64,000 nucleotides of DNA, taken from assembly GCF_009914755.1 (NCBI RefSeq), contig NC_060941.1; one strand, given 5' to 3'. Shown here piece after piece: positions 31,095-44,960 of the stretch (its first letter is position 1; every line of letters starts with the position of its first letter). A program made the translations under genes and the position numbers. The DNA comes from the human T2T-CHM13v2.0 reference genome, Homo sapiens. Below the pieces are notes generated by a model that was not told the origin of the DNA, did not search any database, and worked only from the letters and a program-made list of their open reading frames with translations.

Positions 31095-32679
31095 CCAGCC
31101 GTGTCTTTCTGACAAATGAAAGATACATGTTGGGCAGTAGTGGGATATCAGGTTAGTCATATTTCTAAAATACCATCTTCATCATTTTCTCCCCCTCTCA
31201 AGAATCTATGGTACCTCCCTATTGCGTGTTGGTGCTGAAGGAACTCTGTGCTCAGTCTCTGCTTAGTGTACAGGGGATCGAGTTCAGAATGACCTTACGA
31301 TTGCTTAGCCTCACACAGTTCCCCCTGGACCTGTGTGAGTTGGCCCTGTTTAATGGATGTCCCAGTAACTTCTCATTGCAATAATGATCAATCCCAAGGA
31401 AGGTTTTAAAATTTCCTCTGTCATCAGTCAAAGAGGACTTTTCAGAATCCTACCTTGTCTACACCATGCCCTCACATGCACATTCAGGGAGAGTTGCCAA
31501 GCTTGCTCCAGAGTAATGCAGCTCTCCTTGCCTGGCAAGCTAATAAATTCAGGCCCCATATAAATTATATTTTGATCTTCAGTTCTTCGGCTGGTTTTCA
31601 AAATTCTCTAACACTTAACTTTACCCAACTAACCTGATATCCTAGTTTTGCCCAGCCTGTGCCTTCTATTTCCTTTGAGGCACATGACAGTTCGTGGCTT
31701 ACTCTTTCTTGGCGTTCCTCTTGGCTTGGCACAAGGTCTTGTGGGTATGAAGATGAAAGGACAGAAGCCCTGGACTCAAGGGGCTCATGGCACATGAGGA
31801 AACAGACATGAAAACAGACAATAAGAGCACCACAATGTGTCGTCTGCTGCCAGAGAGGTGCACAAGAAACCCCAAGCACTCACATTGGCCTGGCTTACTG
31901 CAACTTCCATGGTTAGGTGCTCAAGGAGGTGCCCCCACCCTATCCATCATTTCAAGGCCCATTTTATTCGATTCTTCTCCATGAAGCCATCTTGAACTAC
32001 TCCAGCCCAAAGGGCTTTCTCCCTTTTCTAACTTCCTAATACATGTATGCCTCAAGACTTAACACTTACTTCTGACCTTATTGTTTCTTACCTCTCTACC
32101 TTGCCAGGGATTTGGGTAAGCCTTAGCCTTCTTCTGATCATTGTTCGCTCTCCCCCATCTCTCTCCAGCACCAAATGGAGTGTTCATAAATATTTGCCGG
32201 TTGACCATGGATGTACTTTTAGTTTACAGAACAATATTGAAATATTACTACTTCCTTGAGATTCCCTAACATCTGCTCTCCAATTTTCATCACTGCTCAA
32301 TGAGTCAAACACTGGGACTGATGGTATTAGGTTACAGCTAATTCATTTCCCTTCATTGTGTGCAAATGTCTTCTCCAACATGTGGCCGGAGCTGCCCGTT
32401 TCTGGCAGGAAGGTCTGTGATTGCAGGGACCATGGTTTAGAGAGTGTTTTATGGTGAGGCCATTGTTGATACTGCTTGCTTTCCCCATCATTTGCCTTGA
32501 TTTTCAGTGCATGTTACTGCTGTAAAAATTCACCATGGTAAAAAAGTCTAGATCTTTTTTTCATGTCCTGGTTTCATCTCAGCATTTCCTAAAGGTAGCT
32601 CATTAGCAAAATATCCTATGTGCCGTGGAACACAGCAGTGGGGAGTCACTGTTCTCAGGAAGAGAAGGGACAGATTAAA

Positions 32680-32977
32680 TTTTTTTTTTTTTTTTGAGAG
32701 GGAGTCTCACTCTATCAACCATCCTGGAGTGCAATGGCATGATCTTGGCTTACTGCAACCTCCGCCTCCCGGGTTCAAGCGATTCTCCTGTTTCAGCCTC
32801 CTGAGTAGCTGGGGCTACAGGCGCCCATCACACCACTCCTGGCTAATTTTTGTATTTTTAGTAGAGACGGGGTTTCACCATATTTGTCAGACAGGTCTTG
32901 AACTCCTGACCCCGTGATCCACCCCCCTTGGCCTCCCAAAGTGGTGAGATTGCAGGTGTGAGCCACCACGCCAGGCC
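32680..32977 (-). mobile_element. AluS
   Basis: Reverse dimeric Alu; TSD gattaaattttt. Confidence 0.95.
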
Positions 32978-33852
32978 CCGATTAAATTTTTGAAGGATTA
33001 AACTGATGGATTAGACGCAGAAGGCCAGAGATTAAGTATGTAGATTGGCTACTTGAGAAGCTATCACAAACCTAGAGCCATATAAGTGAAAAGAGTGCTT
33101 CTAGAAACACAAATATATAATAAGAATACTTCAAATATGTAGTATTCAATTTTTGTTAATCAATACTACCAATATTTTCATTATTTTGAACAACTTCTAA
33201 CGCTGATTTGATTAGAAAAGTGCAAAACAAATGCAGGGCTGAAAAGGCATGGTCAAACTGATTTGGCACCTGCTTTAGAGCAATTGTCGTGCTGTGTAGT
33301 TGTTCATCTGTTATGTGCTGTCTTCTGAGAAGCTCACAGGTGCTTGAGGACAGGGCTTCTGTCTTTCTATCTCTTTGTTTCCAAAGACCTCAGCATAGCA
33401 GCTGGACCAAAGCAACCATCCCTTATTAAGAGAAAGGGCCAAGATGATGCTTTCCTGATCCTTCTGGACATTCCTGTCAACAAAGGGGAGCATTTGTTAA
33501 GTCAAATTTGTTGCTTATCTAATATGTCTAACTCTTTCCTATAATGTATCACACTGGTTAATCTGAAGATGCCAAACAAATAATTTTCCACCCATGTATA
33601 TTTAGCTCTTTATACTCTTTATCTGTCAAGGACAAATGCAAAACCATGCAGAAAACTACATAAGGATTTATGCAAAAGAGTGTCCATTACAGTGTTATTT
33701 ATACTACCAAAAAATTACAAAGGATCTTCCTTATGTCCAACAATAAAAATAATAAATTATAGGCCATCCACATGATGGAAAATATTAGACATCATGGTAT
33801 TGAAGAATGTCTGGGAATGATGAAATATTCCTCTATCAGCAAATTAAAACAA

Positions 33853-33990
33853 AGCTGAGTGCAGTGGCACACACTCATAATTCCAGCTCCTTGGAGGCTG
33901 AGGCAGGAGGATCACTTGAACCTGGGAGTTCAAGTCCAGCCTGGGCAACATGGCAAGACTCCATCTCTAAAAATAAAATAAAATAAAATA
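33853..33990 (+). mobile_element. Alu monomer (FLAM type)
   Basis: Single arm with (TAAAA)n tail. Confidence 0.85.
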
Positions 33991-34236
33991 GATGAAAATA
34001 AATAGTAAACAATATTTAATAGAGTTCTAATTTTGTAAAAATATATATACATAATATTAGTGATTATGATCAGCATTTGGCTTTTATTTTCCTTTCCATA
34101 ATTCTTAGTGTTTTTAGTTTGCTTTTTATTTTATTTGATTTTATTATTGCTATTTCAACTTCCTTTCCTCTTGCATCTTTTTTTTCTCTGTTTTGTTTTT
34201 GTTGGGGGTGGTGGGGTTTGTTTTTTATTTGTTTGA

Positions 34237-34449
<213 letters not shown>

Positions 34450-35909
34450 TAAATAGTTTTTAATGTCTATTGCAAATAGCATAATATCCACTTTTTTCTT
34501 TATCAAATCTGAGAATCTCTGACTTTTATATGTGAATTAAATCTAATCACATTTATTTTGATTACTTAAATATTATTTTGCAGTTACCATTCACATGCTT
34601 TTTCTTTTGTTTGTTTTTGATACTCTGCCTTCTGTTGAATTCATAAAGCTTTTTATATTTTGCGCTTTTTTCCTTTCAATTTGGAAATCATACATTGTAT
34701 TTATATGCTTTTAGCCATCAGCTAAAATTTGGAACATATATGCTGAAGTTTATGTTTTGCTAACAAGGCCTACAATTAATATCGCTTTCCTCCCCCAAGC
34801 ACATTCAAAAATAAGCATGCTTTCATTTTTTCCCAACTTTCATTCTCCCATCTTTTTGTAATTTCATCTAGTGTTTTGCCTTTGTTGTATGTTATAACAA
34901 AACATTAATAGTAATAATCAATATATATTTTTTATTGTCTATGGTTATTTAAAATTTCCAACATGATTTCAATGTTTTGTGCTCACCATTGTTTCTCATA
35001 TTTCACTTCTTCCTTTTTGTTTTTTAAACTACAATACATAAATCCACTTATGGTGTGTGAGGAAGGGTCTCTAGGTTGTAAATTTTGTTAATATTTGCAT
35101 GCCTAAAATGTCTTTACTTTGTTCTCATTCTTTTAAAAGTTATTTAAAAATTTTTAAATATACTAAAGATAAAAAAAGCACAAACAACAATATAACTGAG
35201 TTTGAGTTAACAATTTTCAATTCTTGCATCATATATTTTTTTAAATTCTGTATAAATTGAACTGAAATCTCACTTTCCTGTATCTCCTCTCTGCAACACA
35301 CACATTGTCCCTTTTTCTTCCCTGGGGATAACCACCATCGTGAAGTAAGCGTGTATTTCTCATGTATGTTTTTTGTATACTTATTACACGGGCATGTCTC
35401 CTTAAGCAATGTATGTATAGTACTGTTTTGTGTCATAATATACCTATCTTAGTTGCATTTTTTTCCCCCACTCATCATGAGTCTTGGAAATTCATCCTTG
35501 TTGACACATGCAGGTCTAGTTAATCTATTTTACATGCTGTGTAATCGTGTCATGGTGTAAATAAACCACAGTTTAATTGTTCATTCAGTCACTTCAGGGC
35601 AGTTGGCCTGTTTGCACATTTCACTATTACATACAATGTGGCAATGAATTTTGTTGTTAACATTTGTTACCTTGGACACATAGGTGAGAATTTCTCTAGG
35701 GTAGCAACTAGAAACAAATGTGTTGTGTTGTAGTGTGCACATCTTTGGCTAGACTAATTAGTGTCAAAATGAATTGCTTCAAATTATAGTCCTACCTACA
35801 CTGCATAAAAGTTGTCGTTTTCTCACACTTGATGTTATCAGATTATTTAATTCTTTCCAGTCCGATGGGCAAGATATAGTGTCCAATTGTTGTTTTCTTT
35901 ATTTATCTG

Positions 35910-36020
35910 TTTTTTTTTCTATGTTGCCTAGGATGGACTTGAACTCCTAGACTCGAGTGATCCTCCCACCTCAGCCTGCAAAGTAGCTGGAATTACAGGC
36001 TCTAGCCAGCACACTGAGCC
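35910..36020 (-). mobile_element. Alu monomer (FLAM_A type)
   Basis: Single reverse arm; TSD-like c(c/t)aa(t/c)tgttgttttct. Confidence 0.8.
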
Positions 36021-39000
36021 CTAACTGTTGTTTTCTGTTGAGTTTCCTGATTACTAATGGGCCTGAGCATCTTTTCATATGTTAATTGTACTCTTTGGGT
36101 CTTTTCAGTGAATTGCCTCTTAATGACCTGCCCATTTCTTTCTTTGCTTGTTCAACTTTTATTATTTTTAGGAGTTCTTTATACACTTTAAATACTGTAA
36201 ACTTATTGGACAGCGTTCCTTTGAATATTGCCTTTGTTCCATTCTTTCTACTTTGTTATTCTGGAATCCTTATTAGATGAATGTTGTGATACAGTATTGC
36301 TTTCTCTTGTCCAGGCCTCTTAACTTTCTTTCTTTCTTTAATGTTTTTGTCTCTTGGTATGTTTTCTGTGTGGTTTATTTAGTTCTATTTTCTAACTCAC
36401 TAATTTTTCTCTGCCAATCTACCATTTAACCCACTAATTTATTTATCCATTAAAAATACATATATTGATTGCAAATTATGTATCAGGTACTGTTCTAAGT
36501 GTTAGGGTTTAAACAATAAACAAAGCAGACAAAAAGAAAAACAACCACCTTTGCCTTCATGGACATTATATTATATTAGATAAAACTCAATTGAGCTTTA
36601 AATTATATTTACTATTTTTTTACCTGCAAGATTTCTACTTGTTTCTTTTAAAACTATTTTTCAAATGATAATTTCTTGCCCTTGAATACAAAGTCCACTT
36701 CTTCATTTTATCTTTCTTTTAACAAACGTTAAGATATTGATTTAATTTTCTGTTTAGATTTATTCTACTTCCTTGGGTGTATTATGGTTTGGTTTCTCAT
36801 CTACTGACTAAGTTTTAGGACGGAGTGTTTCTTCCGTGTTTTGTAATTTTTGACTGTGAGTTCGTCTTTAGTAGAATTCCAGCCTGTAAACCGGATTAAA
36901 AAGACATTCTGGATTGGGGATAGGGAGGTGTTGCAAAATTGCCTGTGCTTCAGCCTTGAGATGGTTGCTAGGTTCACACCTGTTTTTAAGTTGTTTCTTC
37001 ATTCTGGACTGTGTTTCACAGTGATTGATGGGAGTTTAGATCTCAACTAATACATAGCAGAGCTCAGGGTTCGCTTCTTGCAAGTTACTCTATTTCCACC
37101 AATTGCATGGTGTGCGGCTCACTTCTAGGATCCAGACCTCAGGCCAGTGTGTGATTTATCTCTTCTGCCTCTAGGGATGAGGAAATTCAGTTATGCTACT
37201 GCTATGTACTTTGCCATTGCTCCACAGGGAAGTAAAATTTCCTCTCCTAAGGCATAGATCCAATCCACGTCCCTCTGGTGGCTGAGGCATTGAGTGTACT
37301 CAGTCTTTGATTCTAGACTGTGAAAATTTCCCATTTTAAAGTGTAAATATGTATTCTTTAGTTAACACAGTCTTCACAAATGCAAATGTTTCTAATAATG
37401 GGGCTGAGGGAGGAAAATGCTGAGTTTGCTTAGTCTTACATCTTAACTGGAAGTCCAAAAATTTTTGATCATACGGTAGTTTTACACTTAAGAAATCATG
37501 AAGAATCTAATCAAATCATGCATTTAGAAAAAACAATGTGAGTTTCGGGGAAGAAAATTTAACAATAAACTAGAGATTGGTTGATTGAAAAGAATATATT
37601 GGGGGCCAGAGAAAGAACGAGGGTTTCAGGGGAACAAGTTCTCAGCTACACGCCCCAAGTTTCAACTCTCATGGGTTCTATATAATATGATTTTATAATT
37701 GCAATTCCAAATCTATATCCCCATCTTCAATATAGGCTTTTTCTCTGAGTTCCAGGCCTAGGTTTACAAAAGGCCTCCTTCATATATGTACAAGATAACG
37801 TCTACTAGATAATTTCAAGTTTTGTGTATTATGAAAAAACAGATTTAATAATCCCACCTTTCTCCTCTACTTCCAAATAGCTTTTTCTCTTTTACTCCTG
37901 GAATTTGCTGCATGAGCCAAACAGTTGATCATATCCCAAGTTAGAAAGTCAAACCACACTTTTCTTTGCCCCTCACTATGCATATATCACTGTGAATTTG
38001 GGCACCAAGTCCTGGTGATGTCATCTCTGAAGTGTTTCCTGATTCCTTCTCTTTTCCTTCTTTTCCATCTCTACCACTACTGAGCTGTAGTAGTAGCTGA
38101 CCCCTGTCATTTACCACCATATGGGAGCCACAGCCTCTTCACTGGTCCTCCTCTCTTTCTCTTTCTTGTCTTCCACACGTCTTCCTTCCTGCAGCCAGAA
38201 TGGACTTTCTAAAACGTTAACCTAATCATACTCTTTCCCTGTTCACATCAGAGACAGAGACCTGCTCAGCAAAGCTTGATGTCTCTCTTTCACAGTGTTG
38301 AGTTGTTGCAGGGAAGTGCTGCCTCCAGGGGCACATATGCCAGGATCCCCCTTGCGTTTAGATTGAGCTTGTGATTAGTTCTTGTCAATGGAGTATGACA
38401 GAAATTTTGCATGTTTACTTGTGTGTATGTGTGTGTGTCTGTGTCTGTGTCTTTTGGGGCTGAAGTGGGTAATTACTGCTATACCTTTCCATATAGCCTC
38501 TTTCCCCAACTACAGAAACTCTAGGAACTGTGAGTGAAGATGGTGAATTCACGAGGTTTATGGTGTTTGAGTCCCTGAATCCTTTCTTGGAGGAAATCCA
38601 TCCAACAATTAACACCCTCATTAGATTGTACCATGAATAATAATTTTCTTGTTGTTGTGTTAATCCACTTAAAATTTAGAGATTATTTAGTTCAACAGCT
38701 AGTTGAACCTTAACAAATATTTTGATTAGATCATACAATTCCTCTAAACATAACTTCAAAAATGACTTAGAATAACACACAAGACTTCTCATGACCTACT
38801 TGTATTACCAAATCTCTAATTACTACCTCTTCCTCCTAAGGCTCATGCCACCTCCCTACAGGTAACCCCATATATGCCTTCTTTTACCTTGCCTTCACAA
38901 CTTTGCTCCATCTGCCTTGAATGGTCTTTCTTCTGTTTATTAATTCTATTTTTTTTTTTCTAAGACATAGCTCAGACATTTCCTCTTCTGGAAGGCCTTT

Positions 39001-39090
39001 CCTTACTATTTCTTCAAAAGCTTCTCCATGTATCAAACTTGGTAAGATGTTGTTAAGCTTGCTCATATGACATTTTTCATAGTTAAACCT

Positions 39091-39123
<33 letters not shown>
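39091..39123. repeat. (TG)n microsatellite
   Basis: Interrupted TG run. Confidence 0.9.
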
Positions 39124-41155
39124 CCTCAAAATCAACATACAAGCTCCATGAGGAAATTAGCGCCTGCCTCTCAAATATCTCAGCACCTAACATAGGACAA
39201 GAGGCCGGTTATATCCCAAGTTTCACTCAGGTGCTCCAGAACTATTAACTGGGTTGAATTGAATCTATAGTCATGGAGATAAAGACAATAAGAAAAAGAG
39301 AGGATTAGAGAGGTGAAGAGGAAAAATGATGAGAGCTGACCTAAGGAAGAGTACCATGGAGGAGGGTTCGCTTCTCTTGTTAGGTAGAATGAGATCTATG
39401 GGACTAAGCCATCAATTGCAAGGGGCTTGTCCTTCTAAGTCAGTTGGACAAGACCCATCACTCTGAAGGACAAGGATTCCATTGGTTTAGCCAAGGATTC
39501 CAATGGTTTAGCTAGAGTTAAGCAAGGTAGGAGTGACCAGCTAGGGGGAAGAGAAAGTTAAGCCCTGCAACTTAGCTGTTTACTTATAAAACTTTTCTAA
39601 TAAAATATGCCTTACACTCCAAGTTCACTGCTGACTTACCAAGGATGCAATTACTAAGCAAAGGCATAGACACAGGCTTTGTTTTCATAGTCACACACTA
39701 AAAAGGAGAGGCTTAAGCTTGAAATGTGGTGGTATTGGTAGAATGAAGCAATAATAGGTGAGTGGGAGCCTTCCACAAAAAGGCATTCTTGCTGCTTTCA
39801 CTAAAGTGCTTGCATTCTAGACAATAATCTTTATTTTCTTACTGCTGGTGAAAGTAAGGAAATGAGGAATATACAACTATATTGACTATGGTCAATTAAC
39901 GGTCCATTCAGGCTGACAGCTCAGCAGTGCCTGACCTTCCCTCTAATGCGCATGCAGATCACAGGACCTAGAGTCAGTCTGTGGCCAAGAAATAGACCAC
40001 CAATTCAACCTGTGCACAGCAATGTGTTCTAGATTCAGTACCTAAATGCTCGAAGTATATTCTCAGGTCGCCGAATTATTTAGGCAATTGACAATAGACT
40101 GTGTGGCTCAAGGGACATTTTTTTCCCCCACCAGATAATTAGAAGTAAGCATTTACTTTGGCTTTAGGTAGTTAGGGTGCTTTTATTAGTAATAGAAAAT
40201 GCCGCTCAGATTGGCCTAAAATAATAAATGTATGGCTCATAAGACTGGAAGTCTAATAATAGGGAATGGAATTTCAGGTTGGTTAATCCAACAGTTCAAC
40301 AACGCCATCAAGGACATGGCTTCTCATGGCCTCTTTATTTTGCTGCCCATAATAATGGCTTCTATTCAGGGCTAGCAGTAGGCCCTAGTCCAATTTGTAG
40401 GATCTAAGGATGGAAAAAAAAAAGAGCCCCTCCCTCAATCCTGAAATAAAATTCTTCCCTTTGCTGTAATTGTCTTGTGTCTGCTCTGGACCCATAACTG
40501 GTGCAAGGAAAAACCCAAGCCTTTACTGGTGTCACTCCAGGTTCCTCAGACAATCTGATGGGATTATCTTGTTTGGCTTTGATTAATCAATACTCCTCTC
40601 ATTCCTGGAGTTGGAATTATTTCCTAAAGCATCATGGATATTACAAAATGGAGGAGGAGTGCAGAGCATCTTGGACAATTGAATACAATGTCTGGTGTGC
40701 AGTTTAAAATCATTCAGTGAGAAACACAGACAGAGACAGAGAAAAGAAAATCAAGCTTAATTGAGTAATTTATTTTTTGGCACCATGTACATAGACTCAG
40801 TGATGCAACAGAGAATATCCACCCTGATATTTCACTGATAAGGAGACACCACCTTTTGTTCAACTCTTGTCTGAACACCAATCAGAGAGAATGAAAAAAA
40901 AGTAGAATTATTTTTGTTATATTCTCTTTCTTCCTCCTCTTATTCCTCCTCCTTTTTCTTTGCTTACTTTTGAAAGATATTACCCCTCACCTTACTCCTA
41001 AGACCACCTTTTGGTATTTTCCTCAAAAAGCAAAAAGTTAAAGTAAAAAGCAAACAATTTTTCTCACGCAGATCACTTGTTTGGAACTACATCTAAATGC
41101 TATTCAGTCACCACATGTGACTCATCTCTCAGCTCTCTTTAAAAAGTGCATTCCT

Positions 41156-41491
<336 letters not shown>

Positions 41492-41937
41492 TTAAGCCCA
41501 AACATATGCTGGACTAAATAAAACAAGATAATTAAGGAATTTTAATAGATATGGCATGATTTTGCAGAAGCGGTAATGTGTGTTTAAAGGTAGAAATCCT
41601 GGGTTCAAGGCTATTTGTTGGAAATTATCTTAAAAAGAAGGCTGGGCTAAGGGCAGGCTTTTCAAGGAAAGAGAAAGAATGAATTTAGTGTTTTGGACTA
41701 GGTGGTACAAGAGGGCTCTTAGCAAGTGGATCTTTTTAAAACCTGGAATGTTATACAAGGTGTGCTGCGTAATTTAATTTACAATGATGTTCAGATAAGA
41801 GTGATTTAAAATATCCTGTGGGAAACTCGGATGAAATATTTTGATGACAGACAAAGAGAGTAAGATGAATAGATAGCTATAAGTGAAATTTCCAAAAAGG
41901 GTCAATTACCATGTCATTTGAGTGTGAGGAAAAATAA

Positions 41938-42299
<362 letters not shown>

Positions 42300-42784
42300 T
42301 TTGACTTTAGTTTTGACTAATCTGCAGATCTTCTGCAGACCCCAGTGAGTCTGCTATCTGTGGAAGATTTCAGTATTCTCTGGGATGCAGCATTTGCAAC
42401 ATATCGGAAAAGGTGTCATAAATGCTTCTGACAGTGCTCTTGCTTACTGCCCTCAACATCTGCAGCTGGTGGTTGGCATCCTCAATGCCCAGCCCAGAGT
42501 CTTCTGCAAGGACTCCTGAAGATGGTGGAGATCATTCAAAGGCCCATCAAGATAGAAAAAGGCTGTAGTTTGCTTGCCCATGTGGCCAGCTAGCAGATCT
42601 CTGGAAACTCTCTCCGCTGCTGCCACCCCCACATAGATACTTGTGGAGGCAACATAAACCACAGGGACAATCCCACCAATTTATTGAGGTGCTAAGGAAA
42701 TGGAATACCCAATGGGTATCCTCCCCAGATCAAATTGCTTCTCTTATATCCTAATCCAGGTTCAGATAAGGAACTTCTCTCTCT

Positions 42785-43299
42785 CTGTTTTAACTTTTAA
42801 GTTCAGAAGTACATGTGCATGTTTGTTACATATGTAAACTTGTGTCATTCATGTTTGTTGTACAAATTATTTCATCACCAAGGTGTTAAGCCTGGTGATC
42901 ATTAGTTATTTTTCCTGATCCTCTCCCTCCTCCCACCTTCTGCCTTCCATTAGGTCCCAGTGTGTGGAGAAGGGGGAATGCTTATACACTGGTGGTAGGA
43001 GTATAAATTAGTTCAACCATTGTGGAAGACAGTGATTCCTCAAAGACTAAAGAAAATGTATGCGTACATACTTACATACATGCACACATATGGTCTTGTG
43101 GTGAGAAGCTGCTACAAGGAAAATTAAGGTGGGTACAGGATAGAGTGAAGCAATGTGAAATAGTTGAGAGTGGAACTGATGAAGTAGGAACTGATCAGAA
43201 TGAAATACCATTCGACCCAGCCAACCCATTACTGGGTATATACCCAAAAGAATATAGATCATTCTGTTGTAAAGACATATGCACCCCTACGTTCATTGC
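42785..43299 (-). mobile_element. 5'-inverted (twin-primed) older primate L1 insertion carrying a 150-bp foreign insert
   Basis: TSD AGGAACTTCTCT(C/T)TCT at 42769-42784 and 43300-43315; L1 3' end on minus (42785-42966); upstream L1 piece on plus (42967-43299) interrupted at 43051-43200. Confidence 0.85.
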
Positions 43300-43819
43300 A
43301 GGAACTTCTCTTTCTAAGAACAGCAGAAGGTAGAATTCAGTTTCTCGTATCTCTGATCTGTACAAGCTGAGTTGTGGTCTTTATTAAATGCTCCTAATAC
43401 ACAACCAACTTACTCATTGTTTTATTATTTCATTTTGCCTCTTATTTAGTTCTTGGCTTACTACATCAGTAGCTAATGAATGCCTTCTTGTCAATAAGAA
43501 GTATTTAAGAAAGAGATTTCAAAACTCCCTTTTAATCTATCCTCTCCCATTTTCTCACTGTTGTCAGTTTGGTGAGGAACATTTATCTTTTCCTATTCAT
43601 GTACATTCATATAAAAGTGTAGGTAGAAATACTTGAGTTTGCTTAACAATTTTTAAATATAACTCTGATAATCTTTATAAATTATTCTGCTGTATGCTTT
43701 TTACTTTTTACAGTGTCTCTTGGAGAACCTTCTGCATGCAAATTTTTTAACTTTAGTTTTTGTAATTGCAGCGAAATATTTAATAGTGTGTGACATATTC
43801 ACCTTCTGATAAATATTTA

Positions 43820-44538
<719 letters not shown>

Positions 44539-44554
44539 ATTCCTATTCTGCCTA

Positions 44555-44960
44555 TGTAAACCTATCCTCGAAGTCAGAGGAAGCTGAGAGGCTGAAGAAG
44601 GAGGCTGACAAGGTCAGTTATTTAGAAAAAAACAGTTAATAGGGACTTATAAATGGAAGCCATGTCTGTGTCTAGGGCAGAGGCTAGACTAAATGGTGGA
44701 TACCCACGCGATTACCCCTCCAGAGTCAGGGCTTTTATACCATAGGGAAATGGTATATGTGATTCAGAAGGGGTGTGTAGGACAATTGAAGTACGACAAC
44801 ATCAAGGTTGTTTGACTTAAGGGCAGGATTTATGGTAAGCACCTCTCTTACCCAAGGAATAATAGATAAACTGGAAATCTGAAAGGACTTCCTGGAACTG
44901 GGGTTATTCAGAAGTCAACATGGCTGACTAGCATCCAAGATGGAGTTGCTTTGGCTTCCA
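44555..44960 (-). mobile_element. 3' LTR of a provirus (ERV1, MER67-like)
   Basis: Minus strand begins TGGAAGCCAAAGCAACTCCATCTTGGATGC; TG...CA termini; TATAAAA on minus at about 44733-44739; polypurine tract AGGGAGGTGGAG immediately upstream on minus (44961-44976). Confidence 0.75.

Noticed and set aside
37266-37283. CTCF-like motif CCACCAGAGGGACG on minus
   Set aside because: Mismatch at a strongly conserved core C; one imperfect motif is expected by chance.
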